A stretch of DNA of 63,251 bases, filler included, from Asterionella formosa (taxonomy: Eukaryota), in assembly GCA_002256025.1 (NCBI GenBank). It is 11 parts of 11 records of this genome, joined end to end, with 100 filler letters (N's around TTAATTAATTAA, not from the genome) between each part and the next. Parts side by side here need not be neighbours in the genome. Positions count along the whole stretch, not along the records: positions 1 to 24,498 come from NKIB01002241.1; 10 more parts are not named here. One strand, written 5' to 3'. The translations under genes and the position numbers were made by a program. Every line of letters starts with the position of its first letter. The stretch's first letter is position 1. The notes beneath the pieces are model-generated. The model was not told the origin of the DNA. It ran no database searches and was given only the letters and a program-made list of their open reading frames with translations. Below, one piece after another: positions 11,321-23,657 of this stretch.

Positions 11321-11483
11321 AGAAGTCAATCAATCAGGGGGAAGAGGGCAGAAAGAACAGCGGTTGCTATTTATGCCCTTTCTTTGTATATTTTAGTATT
11401 AGCTTACTCACTTCTTTATTTTAGCTTTCTCACATCATTGGATCTCTACATCTGCAAATAGTTATCATAATATTTTTATATGA

Positions 11484-12231
11484 ATCTTACTATGATCATC
11501 ATCTGATCATATTATTTCAACATATCATCTAAAAAGTATGATAATTTTCGTCTTGAATTAAATAGTAACTGTTTCGACTATGCACATTCAAATTATTCCA
11601 TGTGTATTTTTTCTATAATGTTTAATTATTTAAGTTTCCTTGTAGGATGATGTACCAGCAAAAGTAATGGGTTTTATGGTTCATCATCCTCAATTGGTCC
11701 ATTTGGAACACAGAAACTGTGATGACCAAAGGTTTGAGTGTCTGATAACAGATGGGTTTTTAAACATAGTGAAAATTTGAGTACAAATGTATTGTTACAT
11801 GTATTTTTGTGTTGTTTACCATCATGGTATGTCAAGGGACACTGCCAGGATGATCAATTGTTGGAATGAAAAATGATTGCTTCCTTTTCAAGTGATTCAA
11901 TAGCTTGTTTGGATTGGTGGGGAATCACCTAAGTGGACAAAAGAAAATCAGTAAGTGCTCATGACACATGTTTGTTGCTTCTTTCTTCAGGATAACAGCA
12001 TGTAAGTTACATCATTGGAACTTTATTCATTGATTGTTACTTATGATGCAATGATCAACTGACACATTATTTTATCAAAGAAATATGTCTCAGTTACTTC
12101 AATTTGTGATAAGTAAAGATTGAATGGAACTGCATGTTGTGGTGAAAGTGAAACATGACTTACAATGAATTGCTTCTCCTTGATACGAGTAAAATAGAAA
12201 TGTATATAGCTAAATGGAGCTTTCACCAATA
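11484..12231 (-). repeat. Degraded dispersed repeat, probable transposon remnant
   Basis: 11484-11690 is similar to 27023-27225. The reverse complement of 12183-12231 matches ~177-232 (TATTGGTGAAAGCTCC...TATACATTT...TTTTACTCGTA). Confidence 0.6.
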
Positions 12232-12445
12232 TGGGAGCAAACAGGGAGGTCTGATAATCGAAATATTTAGCTTATTTTGTAAGTACAAACCGTGTTTTAC
12301 CGGTACTACCGGTAGTACCAGGTATAGGATATAGACGAGGACAGAGGTGCACACTAAAAAAACGAAAGTGTACTCCGACCTGGGGGCATCGTATGTACTG
12401 AAAGTGGTCAGTTTGAACACCCTTACTAAACGATCATTTGGCGCG

Positions 12446-14656
12446 ATGCCGCCCCTTCCTCCAAATCGTCCCAACACCAAAAGAACCTTGGAAGATTCTG
12501 ATACAAGCAGCCAAGCACCTTCAATCGTAGGCTCGTCGTCGCAGCAGGGATCCATTCGGACTTCAACAATATCCATTCGATCTTCCAAGCATGGACGACT
12601 ACGACGCAAGGAACGAAACATTGGTAGGCGACAACTTCAAGCTGCCATGAAGCACGGAGTGGCGCAGCTGGTAGGAGTTGACCGCGTGAAGTACACTCAT
12701 GATGGACTTGTCTTTGTCATTGGCCAGGATGGCACAGAAGTTACATCATACTATCAGTCCTTGGATATGCCATTTCGTAGAATTCAGGAATTGGAACATA
12801 ACGCACATGACGAAGCAAAGGCACAGATGCATAATAACGCAATTGTATATTGCAAGTCGCACACTGTCTTGCTCGTGGATACAAGCGGATCGATGCGGAA
12901 TTCCGATGTCCACGGGTCACGAACTCGACTCTCGGCGGTGTGGCTTGCTATTGCCGAAGATTTTATTCGCCACCGCATCGAATCCGACGTTTCCTCTCTC
13001 CAAGATGCCATTTCCATTGTTCTCATGGGAGAGCAAGCTACCTTAATACTCCACAAAGTGCCAACAGACTGGATCACGTACAATTATATATTGAAGATTC
13101 ACAAAAAAGGAGTTTTTATTCCTGGAGGGCATGGTTGCTACGGACCTGCTCTCCGAATGGCTCATGATATCTTGATGGAATATGAGTCTGCAGATTGTCA
13201 ACTCATGTTGGTCGTGTTATCCGATGGTAGACCGTCAGATGGTTCCATTAAAAATGGTCAAGATCGGGTTAAGCCCAAGGAAAAGATCAATTCGCTTGTC
13301 GAAAATATGTCTAGCTGTCTTGGTAAACGATTCAACCTTCGAACGATAGGCATGGGCTCAGCAGATCAATTTGAGACCCTTCACGACATGACTGAGGTGG
13401 CACAAAATTTTGGATCGTTTGGAGCATTTCAGCTACCAAGTCTTTCTACCAGTGGTCTGGGTGCTGCCATGTCAAGTATTTCAACGTCCTTGACGGAAAG
13501 TTTATCGTCATTCAATGATGGTAACAGTAAGTTTCGACAGATGCGGATTGTCCGTCGGGAAAACAAAAAAATGATCCCATTATTGACAGAAGAAGTGAAT
13601 GAACAGGATTTTTTTATTTTTGGGAGAAAGGACGTGACGCGAATGGAACTTGTAAACGACATTTTTGAAGACAGGCCCTTGCATCATCCTGCAGCGCAAG
13701 GTGTGGCTATTCGAAAGCTTGCGTTTGGGGAAGGAGCTGAACGTCTTGCCTACCAATTCTTTGAGGTTGCCGCTGATGGAAAAACTGTTGTGGGTGAGCC
13801 GCTGGTGGCTAAGGACAGCAGATATTCTTTTAAGCAGGAAGACGGAGCAGATCCTGTCGTTCCAATGAATAAGTTTTGTAGACGATTCTGTAGGATTCAG
13901 CGTCAAGCTGCAAAAACAGAGAAAGCCTTCAACGCCAAGCTTGACACGATTCCGAATTTGGTTAGTGACACGGCACGTGTGAGTTTCTTGCCTTGCTCTG
14001 TCTATTATTTGAACCATCCAACTGAAGGACTTAAGCCATATATTGTGGAGCGAAAAATAACGGAAGACTTTGAGAAATGGAACAGCAACAATGGCGTAAG
14101 TAGAATCCAAGTAATGCAGTCCAAAAAATTGCTTTGTCCTGACGTGTCTAACACTTTGATCCATCTTTAGTGGGCTCAATGTGCTAAAAGGATAACCAGA
14201 AATGTCAGTCTGCCCCAAGTGATTCCACTCCAAATCATTAAAGAAGAAGAAGGTGATGATGATGACGATGATTACAACGATGAACCGAGTAGGGAACCAA
14301 ACGCCGTGAGTTTCCGACACGACGAGGTCGCACAGGCCTTTTCACACTTTAGTTACATTCATGGTGGACGAAAGACGTTGATCTGTGATCTGCAAGGTGC
14401 TTTCAATAGAGTGGGCAAGGTATTGGTGTTGACCGATCCTGTCATTCATTTCTTTGATCCCTCCAAGGACCACAAACGAGGTGTCTATGGACGAACTGAC
14501 CGCGGTGAGAAAGGAATTGCAGATTTCTTACGAAATCATGAATGCAATGGTCTATGCGACTTGATGTGCAAAGGCTTCTTTACGGCCACTAAGCTACCCC
14601 CTGCAAAGCGACAGAAGACAAATGGCGAGGCGGATGGTAGTTTTGGGGTTAACTAA
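12446..14656 (+). CDS. DUF4258-like + vWA + alpha-kinase (eEF2K/MHCK family) fusion protein
   Basis: Exons 12446-14095 and 14171-14656 (GTAAG...TTTAG intron, frame preserved), ~711 aa. vWA MIDAS DTSGSM and LSDG. Alpha-kinase motifs FGEGAERLAY, VAK, KWNSNNG, QAFSHFSY, ICDLQG, LTDPVIH, YGRTDRGEKG, HECNGLC. Confidence 0.9.
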
Positions 14657-14982
14657 GGCATGATTAAGTGATGAAATCATATTCGCTTTTGCTGGTTCCA
14701 TGTTACATAACTTCATGTAGTTTACTAGACTGTGAAGCCGACGAAAACCTACCGCGATGCTTCATCTTCTTTTTCTTTATGGATTGCTGGACTCTACCCC
14801 TATGTATCTCTGATGAGAAAATACCCTAGTTGACAGGAACGACCTTTTGTGCACTTCTTTCCATTGCAATCTATGTTCTTTGGCTACTCTCCAGACGTGT
14901 GTAGGGTAACAATGAATATCTTTATGAAGAAGAATTTTTAAAATGCTGGATACTTCAAACTATGAATTAGAATTTAGTTGTC

Positions 14983-17503
14983 CTATGCAAATGCTGCCTC
15001 CTGAGCTTCCAGCACCTCGATTTCTTCAGCAAGTTCCAGCCACCGAAGTTCTTTTTCTTCCAGCTCAACACTCGTGGCGGTCAACTTCTCTGTCATCTCA
15101 GCCATCACAGACCACCCTTCACCAGTTGTTCCATCAATTTCCGACTGTAACTTGGCAACCTTAACTTTCAGTTTCTCAATTGCATTTTCAGCGTTATTGC
15201 ATTCCTTTTTAAGCTTCTTCAGCATATTACGTCGCTCATTTCGTGCGTCTCTATCGTCCTTGTGTTTTGCCTGCCTTTCAGCTGCATCTCCTTCCTTTTG
15301 CACTGTTCTGAATAAATCCATTCTATCATTCTCTTGCTCTATCAAGCAATCAGCGTACTCTGAAAGAGACCCCAAGTAATCTTTCACTTCGCCGTTGCCT
15401 TCAAAAACGAACAAATGCTTCGTCACTTTATCTGTAAAAAACCTATCATGGCTCACAACAACAAGCACTCCCTTAAATTCATCCAAATAATTTTCAAGTG
15501 CAGCCAAGGTGTTGAGGTCAACGTCCTGCGATTGATACGAGTCAGGTGGTTGTTACGAATATTATGACAGCCCATCTTTGGCGTACTTACATTGCTAGGT
15601 TCATCCATAATAAGAAAATTAGGCCGCTTGGTCAAGACAGCGAGAAGTTGTAATCGTCGTCGCTCGCCTCCAGATAACATTGAAATGCGATCATTCCATC
15701 GTTCCCTCTGAAATTCAAACTGCTTCAATAAGTTTCTGGCTTCATCCGGGCCCTCTAGAACTGTGGCACCTTCTCTTGCATTTACCTTGTCCATCACAAA
15801 CTCCAAGACAGTCTGATCTTTCTCAACAACAAGTCCCATTTGATCATAAACCCCGATCACAATCGTCTCGCCAAGTTCAATTTCTCCTGAGTCAATTGGT
15901 TGTTGTCCACTAATAACCTTAATGAAGGTAGATTTGCCGACGCCATTGGCTCCAACAATTCCTATCTTGTCCCCTTTATTGAAATCGTAGCTAAAATCAT
16001 TGAGCATAATGCGATCACCAAATTGGAGTGACACATTTTTCAACTGAATTGAGAAGTATTAGTCTTTATTTTCCAAGTCTTACACAACATAGTTTAATAC
16101 AAGGAAAAAACAATAGAGCCCAAATACAGACGCACCTTGAGTATATTCCCCCCGACACGTTGTTGATCTGTAGCACTGAGCATTAAATTTGGATCCAAGT
16201 TTCTTGGTTTGGTTGCCTTTTCCAGCTTGTAAAAGGCCTCAATCCGCGCCTTGGCTTTTGTCTGGCGCGCTTGTGGTTGTCGTCTCATCCAATCCAATTC
16301 TGTCCTGAATTTAACCCTGGCGGATTGAACGGCGGCATCTTCCAACGCCAATCTAGCTTCTTTGCCCTCCAAATAGTTTTGATAATTTCCTTCATACGAA
16401 TATAATTGTCCTCGGTCCAGCTCCAATATAGAATTGCAAACTTCTTCTAAGAACGATCTATCGTGAGTCACGACCAAAATAGTCAGTTTCTTGTCTTCTG
16501 TAACCAAGTCGGACAACCATCGAATTGCGGCCAAGTCCAGATGATTCGTAGGTTCTTGCCGTATGAATATAATAATGTGAGTGAAAACTTAAACATAACT
16601 TTGGAGGAATAGGGTGAAACACCACGTACCGTCAAGCAGCAAAACATCTGGTTCTTGGACTAGAGCAGCCGCTAAAGCCACTCTCTTACGTTCTCCCCCT
16701 GACAATTTGGATAGTGGCTGATCTTGTAAATGCCTCACTCTAAGCTTCGTAGCAACTTCTTCCGCCTTGGTAAGAACAGCCCAGCCATCCTTCGCGTCCA
16801 TTTCAGCCGACGCCAATTGGAATTCCTCCGGCTCAAGCTCTACAGTATTCAAAGCCATACGGTACCGTCTGACCACGTTATAGACGGTCGACCGACTACT
16901 CTTGGTATTACTGTTATCCCTTGCCGATGTAATTCCCAAAAGAGCATCACTTACCGTAATGTCGGAGGGAGTGGGAGGTTCTTGTTCAACAAAAGCGACT
17001 CGGATGCCTCGGGGTAACATGACTTGACCCGAGAAAACAACGTTGTCCGTGTTCACTAGAGGAGCGTCAGTGCAGCAAACTTCGGCAAGTATGCGAAGCA
17101 ACGTAGATTTTCCGCAGCCATTTCTGCCTCTGTTGTGTGTAGTGTGTGTGTAAGAGAGAGAGAGAGAGTAAAATGAGCGCATGAAACTTGCAACTTGAAA
17201 CTGCGCAGTTTTCCATCATCAAAACGGAACGAGGCGACTTCCCGTATTTGATACTTACACTAGACCAATCTTTCCTCCTTTGGGTAAGACATATGATACA
17301 TCATTGAGTTGGTAATTTACACCACCGTCGTGAGAACAAGACAGGTTTTCAATGGAGATGGCATTTGCAAGGCGTGTGTTCTTTGATGGGAGGAACTGAG
17401 ATTGTCGCAGGTGATGCTGGAACTGAACGACAAAAGCACTCGCGACATTGCTTACAAGCGAGAGCAGTAGCGCAAGTGAAACGCTGATGACTCCCAGTCT
17501 CAT
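14983..17503 (-). CDS. ABC-F family ATP-binding protein (Uup-like), predicted plastid-targeted
   Basis: Five exons with GT-AG introns: 17503-17259, 17129-16630, 16554-16136, 16043-15591, 15525-14983. Two NBDs (GRNGCGKST, LSGGE, DEPTNHLD; GANGVGKST, LSGGE, DEPSNDVD), no TM domain, C-terminal coiled coil. Signal peptide ends in ASA-F. Confidence 0.92.
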
Positions 17504-19407
17504 GGTTAGCCTTCGAAACAGATCTCCCTTCACACTTGAACAGCAAGTGTAATTAAATAAATAATGCACTGTAAAGAATATATTGGATCAATGGTTATTA
17601 CGAGTCATGAGAGCTGTGGACTAAATCACAGTCCTATGAGTCAAATGGTGCATTCCCATGTCAAGAAGCCCTTTTAACAAAGAAGCCAGAGAAGTCAGCA
17701 TATGCCCAACATGCTCAGAACTAGATTGAAATCGATTGAACTAGCACTTGTTTGGATTGTCTGATCCATCCTGGAGGAGGAGAATCATCAGTGGTGGCTG
17801 CATTGGTACAAGGGTTCTTACGGATGACTGCAAATGCTTTTTAGGATCTATAGTAGCTCCATAGGTGGCTGTTGTGGTGGGAAGAAATCAACTTCTTTTG
17901 AATTTACTAGCTAGTACTAGCTAGTTGCATACATCTCTAAATAGTGAACACAAAAATGTGGGCAGGTGCAATGCATCATCAGCACATCTTGTCCACATTT
18001 TCTTTTGTTTTTATTTCATGCATTTTGGATCACTGAGCGAGCAGGTGTGTATATCAAGTAAGAGGAGCACTTGATGACAATATGCTGTTTCCTAGCCGCC
18101 TATGAATACAATCCTTATTGTGATTTGGAAACACATGAATAAAAGTCATCTGAAACTCAGAAATTCATGTTTAAGATCATAAATTGTTTTGGAAGAAATT
18201 TTGGCTTTTGATTCGGGTGGCTGGGCTCTGAACTATTACTCATGTCCTCACTTGTTCCTATTACAACTACTATCAGAAAAAAATATTTACCAATCTGTTA
18301 CTGTGGGAATTGCAAAAACGCTAAGCTGATTTGGTTGGTGAAGCAACAATTAGTGGAATAACTAGGCTATTGTGAACAAAAGGGAGTGGATTAAAATGAG
18401 CTATAATAATTGTTATTGTGCTCTTTTTATTATGCTTATTGAAACACTAATTGACAATGAACCACCAACAAATGGGTGTCACCAACATGGTTCAAAAATG
18501 CAGAAGCAAAGCATATAGATAACCGAGATGAACAAGAGGAATCATAAATTCAAAACCGTCAAACTAAATCATGAAATTACTGTAGCCTCTTAAAAAGCTG
18601 TTTGAACATTGATTATCTCCAAAAGGGACATACATCGTGCATAATAGACAAATGCAGGATGAATTATTAGCAATGCAGTGTGCAATGGATCAAATAGCAT
18701 CCATCAGCCACACCATGACGGCATCTAAATGAAAATGCGCCAGTCAATATATTTGGATTTTAAAAATGAACAATGAGAAAACATTGATCCAACCACTCAG
18801 CAGAACCTGGAGAATATTACTGAACCAAGAATGGAATGGGCAATTCAGCAACATACCAAATATTCTTCTCCCTGTTACTTCTCACCTTGGGGTCTAGATG
18901 AGCGATCTTGAACACAAATACTACTTCAGATCAATCTTATAATCAGCCAACTCTAGTATTCACCCGGTAGTATTCCAGATTTCCTCATGAACTTCGGATT
19001 TTTATGCTGGTGCTGCCTACACCAGCAAGATGAAAAAGAAGCAAGGTTAGGAAATATGTTATCATTCTAGATTGTTATGGCTTCTCTTTTCACCTTTATT
19101 TTACAAGATGTCTTTTCAGGATTGTCAATTGCTCTGACTGGTAGGTCTTTCTAGAATGAGGCAATTTTGATGACACACAAGAGAAACCACACACCGGTAG
19201 TGTCTTGGCTGATGTTGGAATCAAGAATCTTGTGAGTTTCCACGGAAACAGGGCCACAACAGATGACGACAGCAAAGAATAATCATACTGCAAAGTGGTG
19301 CAGGTAGTATTAATAAGTATCGCATATTTACGCTGATCGTCACAGGTCGCTCACATGACTGTATTTTCTTCACTTGGTCGAACAAGAACGACGACGCTCT
19401 TTGAACC

Positions 19408-20511
19408 ATGGTGTCATTCCCTCCGCTTCACCGCCTTACTAAGATTCCTTCGTTTCACATTTCCTCAATCAGACACTCCACGCCTCCCAAGAAAGTGATC
19501 ATTGATACAGACGCTGGCGTCGATGACGCCATTGCTCTAATTTTGAGTCTCCATCTCGCGCAAAAGTATGGTCATGTCGTTGTTGCCATTTCCACTGTAG
19601 CTGGCAATGTAGGCGTACACCAGGTGGTGTGTAATGTCGCCAAAATTTTGGATGTTTGTCAACGGACTGATATTCCCATTTTATGTGGCTGTTCCAAACC
19701 GCTCGTTTGTCCTCAGGTAGATGCTGCTTTCTATCACGGGAAAGACGGTCTCGGTGATGCGGGCCTTCCAGACAAGTTGGATCAAGTGACTGTGTTGAAG
19801 GGTCCCGCCGCCATGCATTTGACGACGATGGCAAAGGAGCATGACGGGGAACTAACAGTTATTGCCTTGGGGCCGTTGACGAATTTCGCGGTGGCAATTG
19901 CTCTGGACGACGCCTTTGCCTCTCGGATCAAGGAATTCTTTTGGATGGGAGGTTGTCTGATGGGGCCAGGTAATATTACGGCCACTGCAGAATTCAATGC
20001 CTATGCCGATCCAGATGCTCTTCAAGTATGTTTGCGTCACTTGAAGATGGTTTGGGCATCGTGGGAGCTGTGCATGGAGAACATGATTCCCTATGACGAG
20101 TGGGATTCGATTACGACATCAATGGAAACACCAGTGTCACAGTTTGTTACAAAGATGACGGAAAGCTTTCGAAATAGAAGATATGAGCAATCGGGTATTG
20201 GAGAAATAATTTGCGATCCAATCACAATTGTTGCCGCATTCAGGGAAGTCGAGTACACAACAATCGATCAGGTTGTTTCGGTTGCCAGAGATGGCGGGCC
20301 TATGCGGGGTACAACAACAGGCGATATGCGAATCAATGAGCTTGTCAAAGCTTTTCCCAGAGGATCAGAACAGAATATTGTGAAGTACATTGTCCCGGAA
20401 AGATATGATACCTACGTGGATCTATTGAAGGAAGCTATCAATAGTTTTGGATGTAGCAACACTGACGAAGAACTAATAACGGAGATGGCCGGTAGGCTCT
20501 CCACGAAATAA
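19408..20511 (+). CDS. Nucleoside hydrolase (IUNH family)
   Basis: IIDTDAGVDDA Ca-binding motif, HGKDGLGD, LGPLTN, MGG...GN...AEFN..ADP. Confidence 0.93.
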   Translation: MVSFPPLHRLTKIPSFHISSIRHSTPPKKVIIDTDAGVDDAIALILSLHLAQKYGHVVVAISTVAGNVGVHQVVCNVAKILDVCQRTDIPILCGCSKPLVCPQVDAAFYHGKDGLGDAGLPDKLDQVTVLKGPAAMHLTTMAKEHDGELTVIALGPLTNFAVAIALDDAFASRIKEFFWMGGCLMGPGNITATAEFNAYADPDALQVCLRHLKMVWASWELCMENMIPYDEWDSITTSMETPVSQFVTKMTESFRNRRYEQSGIGEIICDPITIVAAFREVEYTTIDQVVSVARDGGPMRGTTTGDMRINELVKAFPRGSEQNIVKYIVPERYDTYVDLLKEAINSFGCSNTDEELITEMAGRLSTK

Positions 20512-20743
20512 TAGAATAAGTATAGCAAGATCTGTAATGTACACATGTACGTTAGAATGTCCCTTCAGTCTGATGAATACCCGAACACTTCAAATCTGCT
20601 TTGGGTGGGATGGCCGGAAACAATTCAATGTCTTTCTACATGTTCCATACTATTTCTTTCTATTATCTAGCGAATCATTCATGTATGCATGTAAATGAGT
20701 ACCAGGCAAGCCTGAATCAGTCAAGTATAGTATTGTCGTTGAT

Positions 20744-21612
20744 CTAGTTCACAAGACCTTGAAGGAATGTCTCAGCAGTTTCAGTAATAGGATAAAAGAA
20801 AAACGGAGTCTCGTCGACTACACCCTGTTTGGACGAGAACTCTTCAATAGAGAAAACTGCAACAGCCATCATGGCCGTTCGTCCGTGTTTTATTTCTTTC
20901 AGTTGCATGTCCTTCTTCCCCTCCTCATCCGCCGGATACAGGCCAAGTGGATCCCATCCCAAATCTCCCGGGACGTACCCCGAATCGAAACCGGCCGCTC
21001 GTGCTTTCTGGATACCATAACTGTCAATTGCCGCAGTCAACCCCAGACAAAATCCCCACCATTCCGGAACGACATGGTCCAATCCTCCATTTAGGAGGGA
21101 AGGCACACGATCGGCATCGTCCAGGAGGGCTGGCACTCCAAAGTTCTCAGCAATGCTTCGATCGAGCAACTCCGAGATGGGCCACCCAGCTGCAGCCTGT
21201 AGATCCCAGGGGAATGCAATAATGAGTCAAGCTTTGCTTCACGCAAGAAGCCCCTTCCTACTCCAGTACGTACCAGCATTGCAAGCCGGGCGTGCTTGAC
21301 TTCGGCTTCTCGATAGTCCCAAAGTGCCTCCTTGTTCTGTGCAAAGTTCAAAGGATCGAAACCAAAATCTCCAGCAAGCTCTCCATCCAGCACTGGATTG
21401 CACTTGAGAAACGGAATAGCTTGGGACGTGACTGGTCCTCTCTTGGTGGGAGCACTGACGGTTATTGATGCCATGTCGACCATTCCAATTTTAGGCTCTT
21501 CCGTCATGCTTGAGGCCGCAAGGACCGAGCGAGCGCCGTGCCTTGTCGCAGGCACAACAAATGCGGTGGCAGAACCAGCGGCACAGCAAGCCATTAATAC
21601 GTTCTTCATCAT
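20744..21612 (-). CDS. Light-harvesting chlorophyll a/c-binding protein (Lhc; Lhcz-like)
   Basis: Exons 21612-21274 and 21196-20744. [43 protein letters not shown]. Signal peptide ends in ATA-F. Confidence 0.93.
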
Positions 21613-22397
21613 GTTCAGTCGGGGATGAGTGGGTGTGGAAGGTTGTACCGGTATGCCAAGCGTCGAGCCCTCACAAATTAATTTAGAAAATGTGATTTTG
21701 TGATTGCATTCTCATCGATACACCGCACGACTACTACATGTACCCGTACGGTACATGCTTGTAGGTACTACGTGAAATACACCCCCGCCTGCCTGCTTGG
21801 TGACCAGCTACCGGTATGCACTTTCTTGGGATGCAGACTGATCATCGAACCAACCACATCATCGGATCAAGAAAAGCGATCTGTTGGACGTCGACCCCTG
21901 ACGTCACTTGGAGACAACTCCGATCATCCTGACGTCGTCAGTACCGATACCAGGGACCTGCCTCATCATGGTGGTGCTGATGGAGGAATCTGAGACTCTT
22001 TGGCGGCGGCGCGTCGCACGCGCTGTGATGGCTGAGCGACGTATCATCCGCAAAGTCTACTACTGGTAGTTAGTACGGTAGTCTACCAGAGTACATGTAC
22101 CGGTATATATTCTTTTCTGTGTGAGAGAGCGTTTTTAAATTTCAGTACGTATTTGTTGGTGGATTAGTGCAGTAACTGGGACCAGGTACCTGGTACCAGG
22201 TACCAGGTACCGGTGCGGAGTTGGGTAAAAGGTAGTCTACCTACTACCTGGTACCGGTAGGCTACATGATTACGGTAACAATTGTGAAATGGAAACGCCA
22301 ACAAGGCAGCAAAAGCAAAGGCGCAATGCGTCTACGGTCACATACATATACCGGTAGTCATGACAAGGTGTGTCAAGAGGTGGAATAGCCAGTAAGA

Positions 22398-23612
22398 ATG
22401 ACGGGGCAAAATGAATCTGCATTCTTGAGATCATATTGCTTGGCATTCTGGACTTTGGTGGCACTGACATCAGGAGCTGCCCACACCTTTGCTTCCGCCT
22501 TTAGGCCGCCACTTCTTTGTCATCGGCACGGCCGCGCTGAACAGTCAATTGCAGGCTCGGAACATGAACCAAGGCATCCATGGATACTGCAGTCCACCCT
22601 CGGTGACTCGGCTTCGTCAAGGAGACTCTTTCTCAGCTTCGCTGCCACTGCCGCAGTCACTACGTTACTACCAGCCCCAGACGCACGCGCTGCAGCAATA
22701 CCTTTGGCTACGCTGCCCCTTGCTGGAGAGAAACACAACATTAAAGGCAGCCCAACCACGCAGCAGGAATCCATTTCCGGATTTGTTGCCGGAGCATTAT
22801 TGACAGCCACCAAGACAGTCGTCAAGTACCCCTTGGACACTGCCACGGTGCGACTGCAAATGCCGGAAACGACCTATTCCATTGCGAACTTGGCCAATTT
22901 GCTGGAGGGGAGTTTCCGGGGCATAGCAAGTCCACTCTTGTGGAACATCCCTGCCGGAGCGGTTTTCTTCGCCGTCAAGGATGCAACCAAGCAGTCGCTC
23001 TCCTTGCCAGCTTCCTGGGCAAACACCATGGTAGCAGTGGGAATCGCGCAATTTCCATATTGGCTGGTGAGAAATCCAAGTGAGGTTGTCAAAACGAAGC
23101 AGCAAGCAGGCATGGAAGGATACGACAATGTATCTTCTTGGGAAGCTTTCGGATTGGTCAAGGAACAGTCCTCCAGAAAAAACAACAATTCAACTGGACT
23201 TGAAGGATATTACGTTGGTTATTGGGAAAACATTGTGTATGCGTACCCCGCGGATGTCATCAAGTTTGTGCTTTACGAACAAATTACTGGATCTCGCAAA
23301 AATCTGCCTCCCCTTGAGTCGGCAGCTGCTGGAGCGATAGCAACGGCATTGTCGCAGTTTGCCACAACGCCATTGGATGTGGTCAGAAATCGTGTCATGG
23401 CTGGAACGCAAAAGGATACCACTGCTGACGACAAGAATGATGAAGCATCCTATATTGATACTTTAATTACCCTGGCCAAGGAAGAAGGATTGAGGGGACT
23501 ATTTGCTGGGGCAAGTCCACGAGTTGGCAAAGCCATTTTGAGTGGAGCCATTCAATTTGCTACCTATGAAGAGACAAAGCAGCAATTTGCAAAGTACTTT
23601 CAGACACGATGA
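22398..23612 (+). CDS. Mitochondrial carrier family protein (SAM-carrier-like) with a plastid-type presequence
   Basis: Three carrier repeats with Px[DE]xx[KR] signatures (PLDTATVR, PSEVVKTK, PLDVVRNR). N-terminal hydrophobic stretch followed by ASAF. Confidence 0.9.
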   Translation: MTGQNESAFLRSYCLAFWTLVALTSGAAHTFASAFRPPLLCHRHGRAEQSIAGSEHEPRHPWILQSTLGDSASSRRLFLSFAATAAVTTLLPAPDARAAAIPLATLPLAGEKHNIKGSPTTQQESISGFVAGALLTATKTVVKYPLDTATVRLQMPETTYSIANLANLLEGSFRGIASPLLWNIPAGAVFFAVKDATKQSLSLPASWANTMVAVGIAQFPYWLVRNPSEVVKTKQQAGMEGYDNVSSWEAFGLVKEQSSRKNNNSTGLEGYYVGYWENIVYAYPADVIKFVLYEQITGSRKNLPPLESAAAGAIATALSQFATTPLDVVRNRVMAGTQKDTTADDKNDEASYIDTLITLAKEEGLRGLFAGASPRVGKAILSGAIQFATYEETKQQFAKYFQTR

Positions 23613-23657
23613 GTGGTTTGTCACCATTTGGATATGGTTTTGTAATGTACTCTGCAA

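Noticed and set aside
17600..19300. Gene or ncRNA in the long intergenic region
   Set aside because: No sustained ORF, repeat match or clear structure visible.
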